Source of the DNA: Piromyces finnis finn
Taxonomy: Eukaryota > Fungi > Neocallimastigomycota
DNA: 64,000 nucleotides
Reading direction: 5' to 3'
Assembly (NCBI GenBank): GCA_002104945.1
Contig: MCFH01000014.1
Span: 620,001 to 684,000, forward strand
Shown: piece after piece, positions 14,449-26,799 of the stretch
Numbering within the stretch: position 1 is the first letter of the stretch
Layout: each line of letters begins with the position of its first letter
Program-made: the position numbers and the translations under genes
The notes under the pieces: model-generated
The model's database searches: none
The model's input: only the letters and a program-made list of their open reading frames with translations
What the model was told of the DNA's origin: nothing

Positions 14449-15186
14449 CATACTACATACTACTACTATTACTACTGCTACTACTACTAATACTAATACT
14501 AATACTAATACTAATACTATTACTAATACTAATACTAATACTAATACTAATACTAATACTAATACTAATACTAATACTAATACTAATACTAATACTAATA
14601 CTAATACTAATACTAATACTACTACTAATACTAATACTAATACTAATACTACTACTACTACTAATACTAATACTAATACTAATACTAATACTAATACTAA
14701 TACTAATACTAATACTAATACTAATACTAATACTAATACTAATACTAATACTAATACTAATACTAATACTAATACTAATACTAATACTAATACTAATACT
14801 AATACTACTACTAATACTAATACTACTACTAATACTAATACTAATACTAATACTACTACTACTACTAATACTAATACTAATACTAATACTAATACTAATA
14901 CTAATACTAATACTAATACTAATACTAATACTAATACTAATACTAATACTAATACTAATACTAATACTAATACTAATACTAATACTAATACTAATACTAA
15001 TACTAATACTAATACTAATACTAATACTAATACTAATACTAATACTAATACTAATACTAATACTAATACTACTACTAATACTAATACTAATACTAATACT
15101 AATACTACTACTAATACTACTAATACTAATACTAATACTAATACTACTAATACTACATACTACATACTACATACTGCATACTACTA
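14449..15186. repeat. ~700 bp (TACTAA)n/(TAC)n microsatellite array, intergenic
   Basis: Directly visible hexamer array with interspersed TAC triplets, flanked on both sides by TACTACA units. Confidence 0.97.
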
Positions 15187-18100
15187 AATTTGTTAATGCT
15201 AATATTCAATAACACATATAATAATAATAATAATACTATTTTTTCTTTTGTATGTAAATATTATAATAATTTGAATTATTTATTAACATCCTTTTTTTTA
15301 ATTTTTAGGGATTAATAATAATAGTGAAAAGTCTCCTTTAAAAATAATTCAAATGACAATTGAATAATAATAAATCAATTTAAAATATTTATTATAGAAT
15401 TAAAATATTCACACAAGTCATTCTTTAATTATTCATTTTATTGAAACATCATTTCTATTTTATTACTCTTATATTGTACTTTTTTTTCCATTATTAAAAG
15501 GAAAAAACTATTAGCTAATGATCTTAACACCAACTTTAATTATAAAAAATAGCTAATAAGATTAGCAATTTTATATTAAAGTGACCATGACATTTACATG
15601 GTGATTATACCGTTTTCATATCATTCTTTTTTTATACTTTTGTAAATTCTTTTTTTACAATTATAAAATGTTACTTTTTTTTTAATAATTCTTATTTTCA
15701 AATAGTTTAACTGCGATTATTACATTCTTGAAGCTTTCATTACTCTTTTTTTCTTTTTATTCTTGCTGGTGGTGATGATGGGTGGTAAAACCTTGCAAGA
15801 CTCTTTCTTTGCAAACCAAAAAAAGCATTTTTTTTTCTGAAAAGTTAACATTTTATTATATTCCAATTAAGGAAATTTTAATATATAAAAAAGTTTATTT
15901 TTATTTATTTTAAATTAAAATTTAATATTCTTTAAACTTTAAAATTATTAAAGTTTTATTTTACATTACACAAAGAAAATATATTCTATTGGTTCAAATT
16001 ACTTAATATATTCCATTACACTCATAATAAATGGTGTTTTATGTAGGGATCGTTTAAATACCAATTTTGTTAAAATTTAAAATTTCTAATATTAAATTTC
16101 TAAATTGGTTAATATATGAAATGAATATATTGTTAATATATAACCAATAGATTAATATATAAAATTGGTAAATAATTTAAAACAATATCCTATATTCCAT
16201 ATATTCATTATATATAATGTTATATGCGGTATTTTCTGTATAATTAATTAATATATTTAACAATATATAATAATATATTATGAATATATTAGTAATATAT
16301 TATTAAATTTGTGACATTTACTTTTATAAAAATTTCAAATTTTAAAATATTTTTCAATTCTGAGACAAATAGAATAATATATATAATAAATATATAAACA
16401 ATACATAAACAATTAAACAATATATATAATACATATATTAGAATAAAATTCATATTGTATTATAATTGTGATCAATTTATTAATAATTTTTCTTATCATG
16501 AAATATTCATTAAAAATTGTTTTTTCATATAGAAAGCAGGCCAAAGAAAAATTTAGGCAGTTTCTGATCAATTTCTGGCCATTTTTGGTTATTCTTGGTG
16601 GTTTCTGTTGCTGATGTTGCTGTGCTGGTGTTGCTGTGCTGGTGTTGGTGATGGTATTAAAAAAAAAGAATTTAATAAATGAAAGCATGAATAAAGAGAA
16701 CCTTTTTTCTTTTAAAATAAAATGAAATAGGTTCAATTAAAATTTCAATTTGTATGATAGTGAGTATCATTTTTTTTTGGAATTGCTTCCATAATAACAA
16801 GTTTTTTTTTTTTTTTTTTTTTTTTTTTGATTTTCATCAATATAAGAAAAGAATGAATTATTATAAAGTATTTTTTATTTAATTGTCACAATGAACACCA
16901 AGTATATAAAGTTTTAAAAGAGTGAATCATCAATAAAGTCATAGAATTATTGAATTCTTATAGAAAAAAAAATAATCTTTTATAGGTTTAGAGGGTGTTG
17001 AAACAGACCCATTCCTGATTAAATCTTAATCACAATTTTTTATATTCCTTTCATCCTTTTTTCAATTAAAAGAAAATTGTAAAGTTTTTATGCTTCATCA
17101 ATGCCTTTTAAACTCTAATAATTTTAATTCCATTTATTGAACCTTAATGGGGGTTTTTTTTTTTTTTTATCTTAATAAACTGGTCGTATAATTTTTTTTA
17201 TTGAAAAAATAAATTTAATGAATCATAAACTATAAAACCAGTTTTCATTTAATAATTAAAGTGCTTTAATATAAAAAAAGTCAAAATTCTTATTTTTTTA
17301 TTATAAAAACTAAAAATACCTTCATTTTCCTCTTTTCCTCTTTTCCTCTTTTTTTCCTTCTTTTACCTTTTTTTTTTGTTAAAAAAGTCTTTTAATTAAA
17401 ATTTCTTTTCCTTTTTTTTTTTTTTATTTTATTATTAAAAAAAGGATTTTCATTTATTTAATTTAAAATCTATATAATTTAATATATACACAATATATTA
17501 CAATATATTATATTTGTTTAAATTATTTTTTATTGTATTTAAAAAAAAAAACTTTTTTTTTTTTTGTTTTAATCTTGACAAATCTTATAATTATCTAATT
17601 ATAGAATCACCATTATTATTATAAAATCATTTTATAATAATAGTAAAACAAATACCATTTACATGTTAATAATCAAAAACTGATTATTATTACTATAGAA
17701 GAAAATTACTTTTTTTTTTTTTTAATATTGTTTTTTTTTTTTTTCCTTTAAAAATACGAAAATAAAAATAAAATAAAAAAAACAATATTTATAATTTAAA
17801 AAAAAAAAAAAAAAAACCACAGTCATACAATTATACGTATAAATATCAACATTAACATTTAAAAAAAAAAAAAAAAAACATAATTATTAATTTAAAACCA
17901 AATATGATTTAAAAAGATTTTTCAATTATAAACGAATTTGAAAAAATAAAGAAATCAGAAATACATTTCAAAATTCAATTCAATTTGATAACTATAACAG
18001 TAAATAAAATTAAAATTATACTTGTTTTGAATAATTAAACATTTTTATTTTGAATGTTAAAACTTTTTACAAAATATAAAATTATTTCATTTATATAGTA

Positions 18101-18337
18101 CATAAATCTATATACTTAATGATAATAATTAATATATACATAAATATCAATGAAATTGAATAAAACTCACCAATTTTTTATAATATTTATATGAATTAAT
18201 TTTTTTTTTTAAAAAAAGTATATAAAATATATATATATAAAATAAACTTTTTAAATGTAAAAAAGAAACTATTTAATTGATTAAGCTACACCTTTTTAAA
18301 ATTTGTTTTGAAAACAAAGAAAAAAAAATAATTCAAA

Positions 18338-21300
18338 ATGTTATCATTTTTAAAAAAGAAATATTTAAGTGGAATTGTGTTCACGAAACCAGAAGATGAA
18401 ACACAAGAAAATAATAATACTAATGAAGTAGATTCTTCAAATGAAACAAATTCTTTATTAAAAAATAATGAAAATAAAACCTCACCATCCAATTCACCAC
18501 AACATAAAACTACCCATTTAAAAACAGCATCAACAACTACTACTTCACCTGAAAAACCTCTAACAAAACCTGATGGAAAGGTAATTGTTGATTATCGGAG
18601 AAGTCGTATGAATAAGAATACTAATACTAATAATAATACAGCCACTTCTACCTCACCCATATCAACAGTATCAACTACCTCACATAAAAGTAATTCATCT
18701 AACACTCATACCACAATAAATACAACTACTAAATTAAATAAAAATGAACCTTCTCCAGTTAACAAAAAACCTTCTTCACCTTCAAAACCAGAATATAAGA
18801 GACCTTCATCCGTTATTACAGCAAAAAGAGTAAATTCTTCAGTACCAAAAACACATGAAAACCATACCACTACATCTACACTTAATAGAAACACTATCAA
18901 AAAACCATCCTATCCTTCTTCCACTTCTACATCTTCTGCTACCACTTATACACCTGTAAGTAAACCAGAAATGCCAAAAAAGCCATTAAAACGTGAATCT
19001 ATTTCAAATATAAAAGGTTTAAAAAGAACAAATTCTCAAAGTCAAATTCCTTCTAAACCTACACCTGTAAAAAAGAATAATAATTTAAATCGCTTATCCT
19101 CACCAAATCTTTCCCTTTCAAAAAAGAAAGAGACTAGTACAACATCAACAACAAATACTACTAGTGCTGGAACTACTGGTACACTTAAAAGACAAGGCAG
19201 TCTAGCTACTAAAAAGAGCACAACGTTGTCTACAAAGAAAAGCACTTCCGCTATCGCTATTAACAAAAAGAAGGAGGAAAAAATGGTACCATCCATTCCA
19301 AAAATTCCTTCTCCTCTTCAAACTCTTAATAATACCTCTCCTGTGAATAATTTATATGCTATTGTCAATAAATATAAAAAATTAAATGAAACTACGGCGG
19401 TGACAACTGCATTGGACAAAAAATTAAAAAAAAATACTGTAGATTTAAAAAATAGTAACACCGAATCAAAAACTGCAAAAATATATGAAATAAAACGTTC
19501 CAATACTTTAAGTACAACTTCTCCAGTCAAAGAGGGCACAAAAGCAAAAAATTGCAGTGATGAGAATAAACTTGAATCCAAGGTGTCAGAAAAATTCGAA
19601 AATATCAAGAAAACTATTAATTCTTATCCGGTTACTAAATCTTCTTCATTAACTAAAGCTATCAATGAAAATAAAAATATCCACCAAACAGCTGCTACTA
19701 CAAAGTCAAAAATAGAGGCACTTAATTCAAAAATTGCCAATTTAAATAGTGCTGCCGAGGCTAAGAGTAAAATGGCTAATGCTATTGAAAATAAAAATAA
19801 GAGAAATAGCGTTTCCAGTATTAAAAGTATCATTGAAAATAATAATAGAAGGACAAGTATTTCAAATTTAAAAAATGTTATTGATAGTAAAAATAAAAGA
19901 AATAGTATTGCTAGTGTAAAGAGTGATAAGAATACCATCGTAGATTCTGCTAAAAAATCAATTGAATCTACTCCAAATAAAAAAAGTGCTATTTCCATAT
20001 TAAGTTCTCTTGAAACCTCTGAAAAGAAAAATAATGTTGAAACGTTGAAAAACATTGTTGAAAATAAAAATAAAAAGAATACTATGGATTCATTGAAAAG
20101 TACTCTCTCTCAAACCACCATTCCAGCTTCAACCCAAGCTCAAGCTCCTCAAACCACCATTCCAGCTTCAACCCAAGCTCAAGCTCCTCAAACCACCATT
20201 TCAACTTCAACTCAAGCTCAAGCTCCTCAAACTACCATTTCAACTTCAACCCAAGCTCAAGCCACTCAAACCACCATTTCAACTTCAACCCAAGCTCAAG
20301 CCACTCAAACCACCATTTCAACTTCAACTCAAAAACAATTTAATACTCAAACTGCAGTTCAGAAACAAACTCAAGATCAACCAATCAAGATTATTTCAAA
20401 TAAGGAAAATAAAATATCTTCTTCTATCAATACCAAAACAAGCTTATTATTTGGTGGTGAAAACAATAACAAGAATAATGAAGATTTTTCCTCCTCCAAG
20501 AAAGATGAATCTTACTCAAAGGAAGAGAAAACTTTAACTGTAAATGAAACTGATTTAGCTACCGATGCGGATATAGATCATGAATCTCAATCCTCTTTTG
20601 ATAGTATTGAATCCATTCCATTACCAAACTTAAATGTAAAAGCAATGAATACTTTTTCCGATCAAGTTTCTGAAGCAACTTTAGCTAGCCAAGCCACAGA
20701 TGATATTGAAAGCCCAATATCTAGTAATTTCACCTCCCCAACTCTTAATAATAATTCTCGCAAGAATTCCTTAAATGCTATTTCATCAAATATTCCAAAT
20801 ATGTCTCCAGCTATTTCAAATATTGCAACTATGAATATGGCAAATTTTTCCCCAGGAAGTTTGAAAAAGAAGAGAAGTGGTTGGTGGGATAATATTAGAG
20901 ATAAGACAGAGGAAAAAGAATTGATAAAAGAAAGTATTCGTAATCTTCCTGTGGTCAACATTAAAGCACAAGATTATGAAGATCTTATTGAAGGTATGAA
21001 TGTCACCGGTAGATTTGATTTTACCCATCAAAAGAGTAATAGTGTTGATAATCTTCTCTTAAATAATTTACCTGAAAGTAAATATTCTCATTTAATTAAT
21101 ATCAATGATAAAGCAACCATTCCTACGACACCAATAGTCAGTAAAACTGAGATGAATCATGATAATGATGATATATATAAAAAATCCATGAATGAAATTG
21201 AAATGGTGATGACCAGAGCCAAATTATCTGATCAAAATGAAAGTATAATTAGTGCTTTGGATGTCGTTCTTAATTTCTGTAAAGAAAATGGTTTTACTAA

Positions 21301-23857
21301 AACTATTGAATCATTAAGAGATGAAGCTAAATATTATTCAAACGCTGAAAATACAAAACACCTTAAAAAATATTTAGAAACTCGCAGTTTTGATTTAGCA
21401 ATTGATTATGTTAAATCAATGTTTTCTAAATATAAACCTTCAGATTTTTTAGATTATGATGAAGTTGAAAGGAGTTACAATGATATTTTGTATGTTTTAT
21501 CGCGCTACCAGTACATTAATTTGATTCAAAAAAGAAAGACCAATGAAGCCAGAGTAAAAGTTTTAAATGGTGTCATTAAAAATAGAGTTATTGATTCTTT
21601 AAAGATGGGTGGAGACTACTCCAAGTATTTTGAAGACGATAACTTTTATCTCTCTGAATTGTATGTTCGTGGTCCTCCTTCTTCCACAAATCCATACAAG
21701 AATTTTAATATGAATACACATCTCAGACAATTCTGGACTAGAGATTATTCCGAAAAGGAATCCTTAAATTATTGGCCATTCTTGGAAAGATTTTTCAATT
21801 CTAATAGCAGTGTTAAAAAGGAAGAAGTTGAAGAGAACAACATACCTTTGACCGGTTTAATTAAATTTACTAAAGGAGTTCAAAATATTATTGATGATTG
21901 TAATGGTAATACCAATGCTAATGGTATTATTATTAACGACACAATGTCTCTCAAGGGTAATAAAATAACAAATTCACCCATTGTTAGTAATTCAAATGAT
22001 ATTCCGTTAGAATACCCTTCAAGTGTTCGTTTAATGCATTCCACGATAAAAACAAGAAAATCAGAATCAAAGCTTTCAAGAACAAATAGTATGGATAGTT
22101 TCAAAAGTACCAATTCATTAAGAAGTCGTCTCTTACGAGAAAGTTCCAAGAGTAGTATTAAATTAACCGGTGCCCTTCCACTTTCCTTAAGCCGTAAAGG
22201 ATCCAGTAGCTCTATTAATTCAGATGTTTATAGTCCAAGTTTAAAGTCAAATAATTCTATAAAGGGCTATGTTCCAAATAGTTCTTTAGTATCTGACCTT
22301 ACCCGTTCCACCTCTAAGAGAATTAACAGTGGTCTTAGTAAAAAGACTTCTCAAGTATTTGACGAAGAAAGTACTTCCAATTCCAAACCTATTCGTAGAC
22401 TTAGTAAATCACGTTTGATGAATATGAATCGTAGTAATAGTGCCGCAGGAAATTATAGTATCGGAAACAAGAGAAACAGTGCTGATCTCAATGATTTCTA
22501 CGTTAACCCAAGAAATAGCTATCATGGCGGTGATGTACCTAACTTTAACTATTGTGCTACACCAATGACCCAATATGTAGATGATGATACTATGTCCTTG
22601 AATACCTTTTCCGATAATAATAGTGTCTTTTCACTAACCTCTTGTGACGGATTAAACTTTTCATTTGATGGTTTTATCGGTCCATATGCAGGTGGTATTC
22701 GTGCAATGGATGTCCAATATACATCTAAAAAGGATGGTAATGGTAATGCTATTGATGGTACTTTTGGTCTTTTAGTAGTTGCTATTGCCATTGACTGTAA
22801 TACAGATCATTCTATTAGTATTTGGGATGTTCATAGTAAGACTTGCCTTGCTAAAATGACAAATAATAAGGCCGTTGAAATTATCAAATTCCATCCTACG
22901 CTTCCAAATGTTTTCCTTACAAGTGATCAAGACTTTGATGTCAAATTGTGGGATTGGACTCAGGGTACAGTAGATGCTCAAGGCAATTATCATATTGAAC
23001 CTATTCGTGTCTGGAAAAAGTTCCATAAACGCATTATTCATAAGATGGATTTCCTTCCTACCAATCCAATGTATGCCATTTCTTGTTCCAGTGATAACAC
23101 CATTCAAATCTGGAATATAGAAAATGATGACAAGAGCCATGTAAGGAGACTTGTTTCAACCAATCCAATTTCTGCCTTTACCTTTGCCAACAATAATAAG
23201 TATTTAGTTGCTGCATCCATGTATATGTTACGTGTTTACGATATGAAGGATTATCGTTTAGTTAATACCATTGAATTGGAAGATTTAAAATCTAGTAAAA
23301 TGACCATCAATTACATGGAAACTCATATTACAAACGATAATTTATTACTTCTTTCATGTGCTAGTAATGTTATTCTTTATGATTTAGCTAATATATCAGG
23401 ACTTAGAGTTTTTGATTCTCCATACATATCTCCAGATCAAAAAGTTGAAGGTCATTTTAGTCCTTATGGTCAGTATGTTTATTCTGGTAGTATTATTCCA
23501 AAATATTTTGCTTCACTTCCTACCACAGAAAACCTCCCTAACTTCCCAAATGTCAATTTAAATACTTTAGAAGTTAAAAGTAGTTCGGTTGCCAATTCTA
23601 TTGATGTCAAGGATAAAGATGGTGTCGGTTTTTATTTATGGAATGTTGATAATGGTCGATTTGAACATTCTTCTATCAAATTTATGGAAAAAGATGTGGA
23701 ACCCTACCTGTCAACAAATGAGAAAGTATCTGTATGTCAATGGATTAATGTTCCATGTATCAATGACCCAGATACTAATGCTCAAATCTTTATTTTTGGT
23801 ACTACGGATAAAGTTTTACGATTCTATTCTTTTTGTGATTGCCATTTAACAGATTAA
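18338..23857 (+). CDS. Intronless 1839-aa protein: long low-complexity N-terminus, LisH + CTLH-like motifs, C-terminal WD40 beta-propeller
   Basis: Single open frame of 5.5 kb in very AT-rich DNA. LisH-like ALDVVLNFCKENGFTKTIESLRDEA is followed by CTLH-like HLKKYLETRSFDLAIDYVK..LSRYQYINLI. WD repeats include SISIWDVHS, DFDVKLWDWT, SCSSDNTIQIWNIE and LRVYDMK. Confidence 0.85.
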   Translation: MLSFLKKKYLSGIVFTKPEDETQENNNTNEVDSSNETNSLLKNNENKTSPSNSPQHKTTHLKTASTTTTSPEKPLTKPDGKVIVDYRRSRMNKNTNTNNNTATSTSPISTVSTTSHKSNSSNTHTTINTTTKLNKNEPSPVNKKPSSPSKPEYKRPSSVITAKRVNSSVPKTHENHTTTSTLNRNTIKKPSYPSSTSTSSATTYTPVSKPEMPKKPLKRESISNIKGLKRTNSQSQIPSKPTPVKKNNNLNRLSSPNLSLSKKKETSTTSTTNTTSAGTTGTLKRQGSLATKKSTTLSTKKSTSAIAINKKKEEKMVPSIPKIPSPLQTLNNTSPVNNLYAIVNKYKKLNETTAVTTALDKKLKKNTVDLKNSNTESKTAKIYEIKRSNTLSTTSPVKEGTKAKNCSDENKLESKVSEKFENIKKTINSYPVTKSSSLTKAINENKNIHQTAATTKSKIEALNSKIANLNSAAEAKSKMANAIENKNKRNSVSSIKSIIENNNRRTSISNLKNVIDSKNKRNSIASVKSDKNTIVDSAKKSIESTPNKKSAISILSSLETSEKKNNVETLKNIVENKNKKNTMDSLKSTLSQTTIPASTQAQAPQTTIPASTQAQAPQTTISTSTQAQAPQTTISTSTQAQATQTTISTSTQAQATQTTISTSTQKQFNTQTAVQKQTQDQPIKIISNKENKISSSINTKTSLLFGGENNNKNNEDFSSSKKDESYSKEEKTLTVNETDLATDADIDHESQSSFDSIESIPLPNLNVKAMNTFSDQVSEATLASQATDDIESPISSNFTSPTLNNNSRKNSLNAISSNIPNMSPAISNIATMNMANFSPGSLKKKRSGWWDNIRDKTEEKELIKESIRNLPVVNIKAQDYEDLIEGMNVTGRFDFTHQKSNSVDNLLLNNLPESKYSHLININDKATIPTTPIVSKTEMNHDNDDIYKKSMNEIEMVMTRAKLSDQNESIISALDVVLNFCKENGFTKTIESLRDEAKYYSNAENTKHLKKYLETRSFDLAIDYVKSMFSKYKPSDFLDYDEVERSYNDILYVLSRYQYINLIQKRKTNEARVKVLNGVIKNRVIDSLKMGGDYSKYFEDDNFYLSELYVRGPPSSTNPYKNFNMNTHLRQFWTRDYSEKESLNYWPFLERFFNSNSSVKKEEVEENNIPLTGLIKFTKGVQNIIDDCNGNTNANGIIINDTMSLKGNKITNSPIVSNSNDIPLEYPSSVRLMHSTIKTRKSESKLSRTNSMDSFKSTNSLRSRLLRESSKSSIKLTGALPLSLSRKGSSSSINSDVYSPSLKSNNSIKGYVPNSSLVSDLTRSTSKRINSGLSKKTSQVFDEESTSNSKPIRRLSKSRLMNMNRSNSAAGNYSIGNKRNSADLNDFYVNPRNSYHGGDVPNFNYCATPMTQYVDDDTMSLNTFSDNNSVFSLTSCDGLNFSFDGFIGPYAGGIRAMDVQYTSKKDGNGNAIDGTFGLLVVAIAIDCNTDHSISIWDVHSKTCLAKMTNNKAVEIIKFHPTLPNVFLTSDQDFDVKLWDWTQGTVDAQGNYHIEPIRVWKKFHKRIIHKMDFLPTNPMYAISCSSDNTIQIWNIENDDKSHVRRLVSTNPISAFTFANNNKYLVAASMYMLRVYDMKDYRLVNTIELEDLKSSKMTINYMETHITNDNLLLLSCASNVILYDLANISGLRVFDSPYISPDQKVEGHFSPYGQYVYSGSIIPKYFASLPTTENLPNFPNVNLNTLEVKSSSVANSIDVKDKDGVGFYLWNVDNGRFEHSSIKFMEKDVEPYLSTNEKVSVCQWINVPCINDPDTNAQIFIFGTTDKVLRFYSFCDCHLTD
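20111..20332 (+). repeat. 39-bp coding minisatellite (13-aa unit QTTI[P/S][A/T]STQAQA[P/T]), 5 full copies plus one partial
   Basis: Visible tandem copies of caaaccaccatt(c/t)cagcttcaacccaagctcaagctcct and variants inside the WD40 gene. Confidence 0.95.
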
Positions 23858-24540
23858 AGTGGGATATAATTAAACAATTTTTTTATTTCAGTAAAAAAAC
23901 AAACAAACAAATCAACAAAAAGCATTTTATTATTTTTATTATGATAACTTTTCACTATATATATTTTTCAATGATTTAATCTATTATTATTCAACTAAAA
24001 AGGTCAAAATTATCAAAAGATCTTACCAATTTTAATGAAGAAAATTTTATTTTTTTTAATTTTGTTACTAGTGAATTAATATTTTAAAATTATCTCTTTT
24101 TATATATACATATTTTTTTTTTCAAATTTTTTAATTAAAGAAATGCAACAAAATTCAACATGAAAATAGAAAAAATAGAGAGAAAAAAAAAAGAAACAAA
24201 AACTGATAATTCAATTAACCGTTAATACACCTTCCCAATTAAAAACCTTTATACAGAAGAAAAGGTTTTTTTTTTATCTATAATTTAAGAAATAGTGATT
24301 CATATATTATCTTTATTTTTTTTAACAATACATGAAAACTCTCAATTTTAACCTTTACCTACCCATTATATCCATTTTGTTCATTGTTCAATTAATAGTT
24401 CGGACAGTCATCCCTTTTTATATATACTGCTTCAATAATAATGATACCAATATTTTTCAATTTATTTATTCAGAAATTATTTTCAGTAATGTGATATATA
24501 TTTATGTAATATACCTTTGATCAAATGAGTTCATTTTTCC

Positions 24541-24572
<32 letters not shown>

Positions 24573-26693
24573 ATAATTTATTTATTAAGCTTTTCGTTAT
24601 TACTTTATTTTTTGTCAGGAGAAAAATAAAGTGATGGATGAAGAACATTTTTTTTTTTACATCAATCTCTAGATAGTCAAGAAATATAAATGTTTAGTAA
24701 AAAAAAAAAAAAAATATATATATAACAAAAATTAATCAAAATTGTAAATTATACAATTATTGAATATATATATACCAATCTCTCTTTTTTATTAATTTTT
24801 TTTTACTTGTCAGTAAAAAAGGAAAAGGAGAGGATTTTTATATAAAAACAAAAACAAAATTAATTTATTAAATACCAATAAACTATTTATTTATAAAAAA
24901 AAAATAAATAATTAGAATTTTCCATTCATCAAAGTCATGAATAAAAAAAACAACAACAAAGAAAAAAAAAAGAGAAAAATTAAAAGAAAAGAAAATATTC
25001 AATTGAAAATAGAGAATATAATTGAATATAATAGACAGGAAAATATAATTATCTTTTCATAAAGTTCATTTCTCATTTCATTTCATTCATTCGTTCATTC
25101 AAAAAAAAAAAAAATACTACCATTTTTCATTCCATTCAAAAACCCTATATAATATATATAATTTCCATAAGAAAAAAAAAAAAAAAAAAAAAAAAACTAA
25201 TCATTATTTTATTTTTTTATTTTTTTTCTTTTCAATTCCAGAAATAGCAATTTAAAAAAAAAAAAAAAAAAAAGCATAAAGAAATTGATTATATTATATA
25301 TTATATATAGATTTATTCAGAAATAATGAATTAAATAGATATAAAATGGTATAATATAACACTATAAAAATCAATAAATAATAGATTATCATTTATTATC
25401 AAAGTTTTTATTTTTTAAAAGAAAAAATACAACAAAATCATATAGCAAAATAGAAAATTGAAGAATATAGAAAATAAAAAAAAAAAAAACAATAATAAAT
25501 GATAAATAATAAACAATTAAAAAATAACTAGTCAATAGAAACTAGATAACTAAACATTTATAAAAAAAATAATAATAATAATATAAATAAGAAAAGAAAT
25601 AGACTTTTAATATATATATATATAATGATTTAATGATATCCATCTATTGGATTAAAATAATAATAAAAATCAAGCAAAAAAAAAAAAAAAACAAACAAAA
25701 ACCAAAAATAAATAATATATATAAAGTAATAAAAAAGTATATAGATGAAGATATACTCTTTTGCTATTTTAGTATAAATATTTATTTTTGGTATATTTGC
25801 TTCATTAGATCAATATATATGCATATACAATAAAGAAAATACACACACATATATAGATTAAATATAAATATATTTAAATGCAAAAAAAAAAAAAAAAAAA
25901 AAAGAGAAAAGAAAAAGAAATCTACCTACACATATATATTAAAAAAATAATAATACATAATACATATATACGTAAAAAAAAAAAAAATCTTAAGAACTAA
26001 AATGATCATTACTGAGTATTTTATAAAAAAAAAGAGTTTATATGTAATAACAATAAACAACAAAAAACTTTTTTAAAAGGATAATATTATATAGAAATAA
26101 GAATCACTCAAAAAAGATAGTTAAAATATATAAAAAAAAGATTTTTTTCAAAGATTAATAGAAAAAGAAGAAAGATATATATTTATAAAAAAAAAAAAGA
26201 GGATATTTTTTAATAATATAAAAAACAATTACCTAAAAAAAAAATACTTTATATAATTTTTTCTCTTTCTAGATTAAAAATCTTTTTTTTTAAAAAAAAA
26301 ATAGAGATATAGAATTTATATTAAACAAACAAGAAAACAACCAATTTATCAGTAAACCTATCTTTTCAAATAGTCAGTTTTTACCTTTTTTTTTTTTATT
26401 TATTTATTTATTATAATGAATTATTCATTGTTTTAAATATTATTATAAGAAAAAAAAAAAAAAAAGTGAAAACCTTTTTTTTTTTTTATCTTTTTAATCA
26501 CATTCCATCCACTAGCAAACCATTTTTTTTTAAATAGAAATCACAAAAAAGAAAAGTTTTTTTTTTCTTTATTATTTTTAGAAAGTAAAAAAGTAAAAAA
26601 AAAAATGTATATCTATGTTTTTATTTTTTCATTTTATATATAACATTTAAGTGAATTCTTTAAGGAAAAAAAAAAAAAAAAACATGGAATATA

Positions 26694-26726
<33 letters not shown>

Positions 26727-26768
26727 TATAAATATTATATAAATTATAAATTATAAAATAATTATGAA

Positions 26769-26799
<31 letters not shown>

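Noticed and set aside
14449-15186. Interstitial telomere or telomerase-added repeat
   Set aside because: The motif has no G-rich strand of the TTAGGG type, and the array is irregular and mid-contig.
14306-15187. 293-aa TN-repeat ORF
   Set aside because: It is the stop-free frame of the TACTAA microsatellite, with no credible start or flanking coding context.
15772-15840. Box C (GTGATGA) and box D (CTGA) about 65 nt apart, suggesting a C/D snoRNA
   Set aside because: The sequence before box D is a poly-T/poly-A run with no plausible rRNA guide, and there is no terminal stem.
18706-23140. Multiple minus-strand ORFs inside the WD40 gene, and alternative-frame ORFs within the ADHs
   Set aside because: They are shadow ORFs caused by the codon bias of the real frame.
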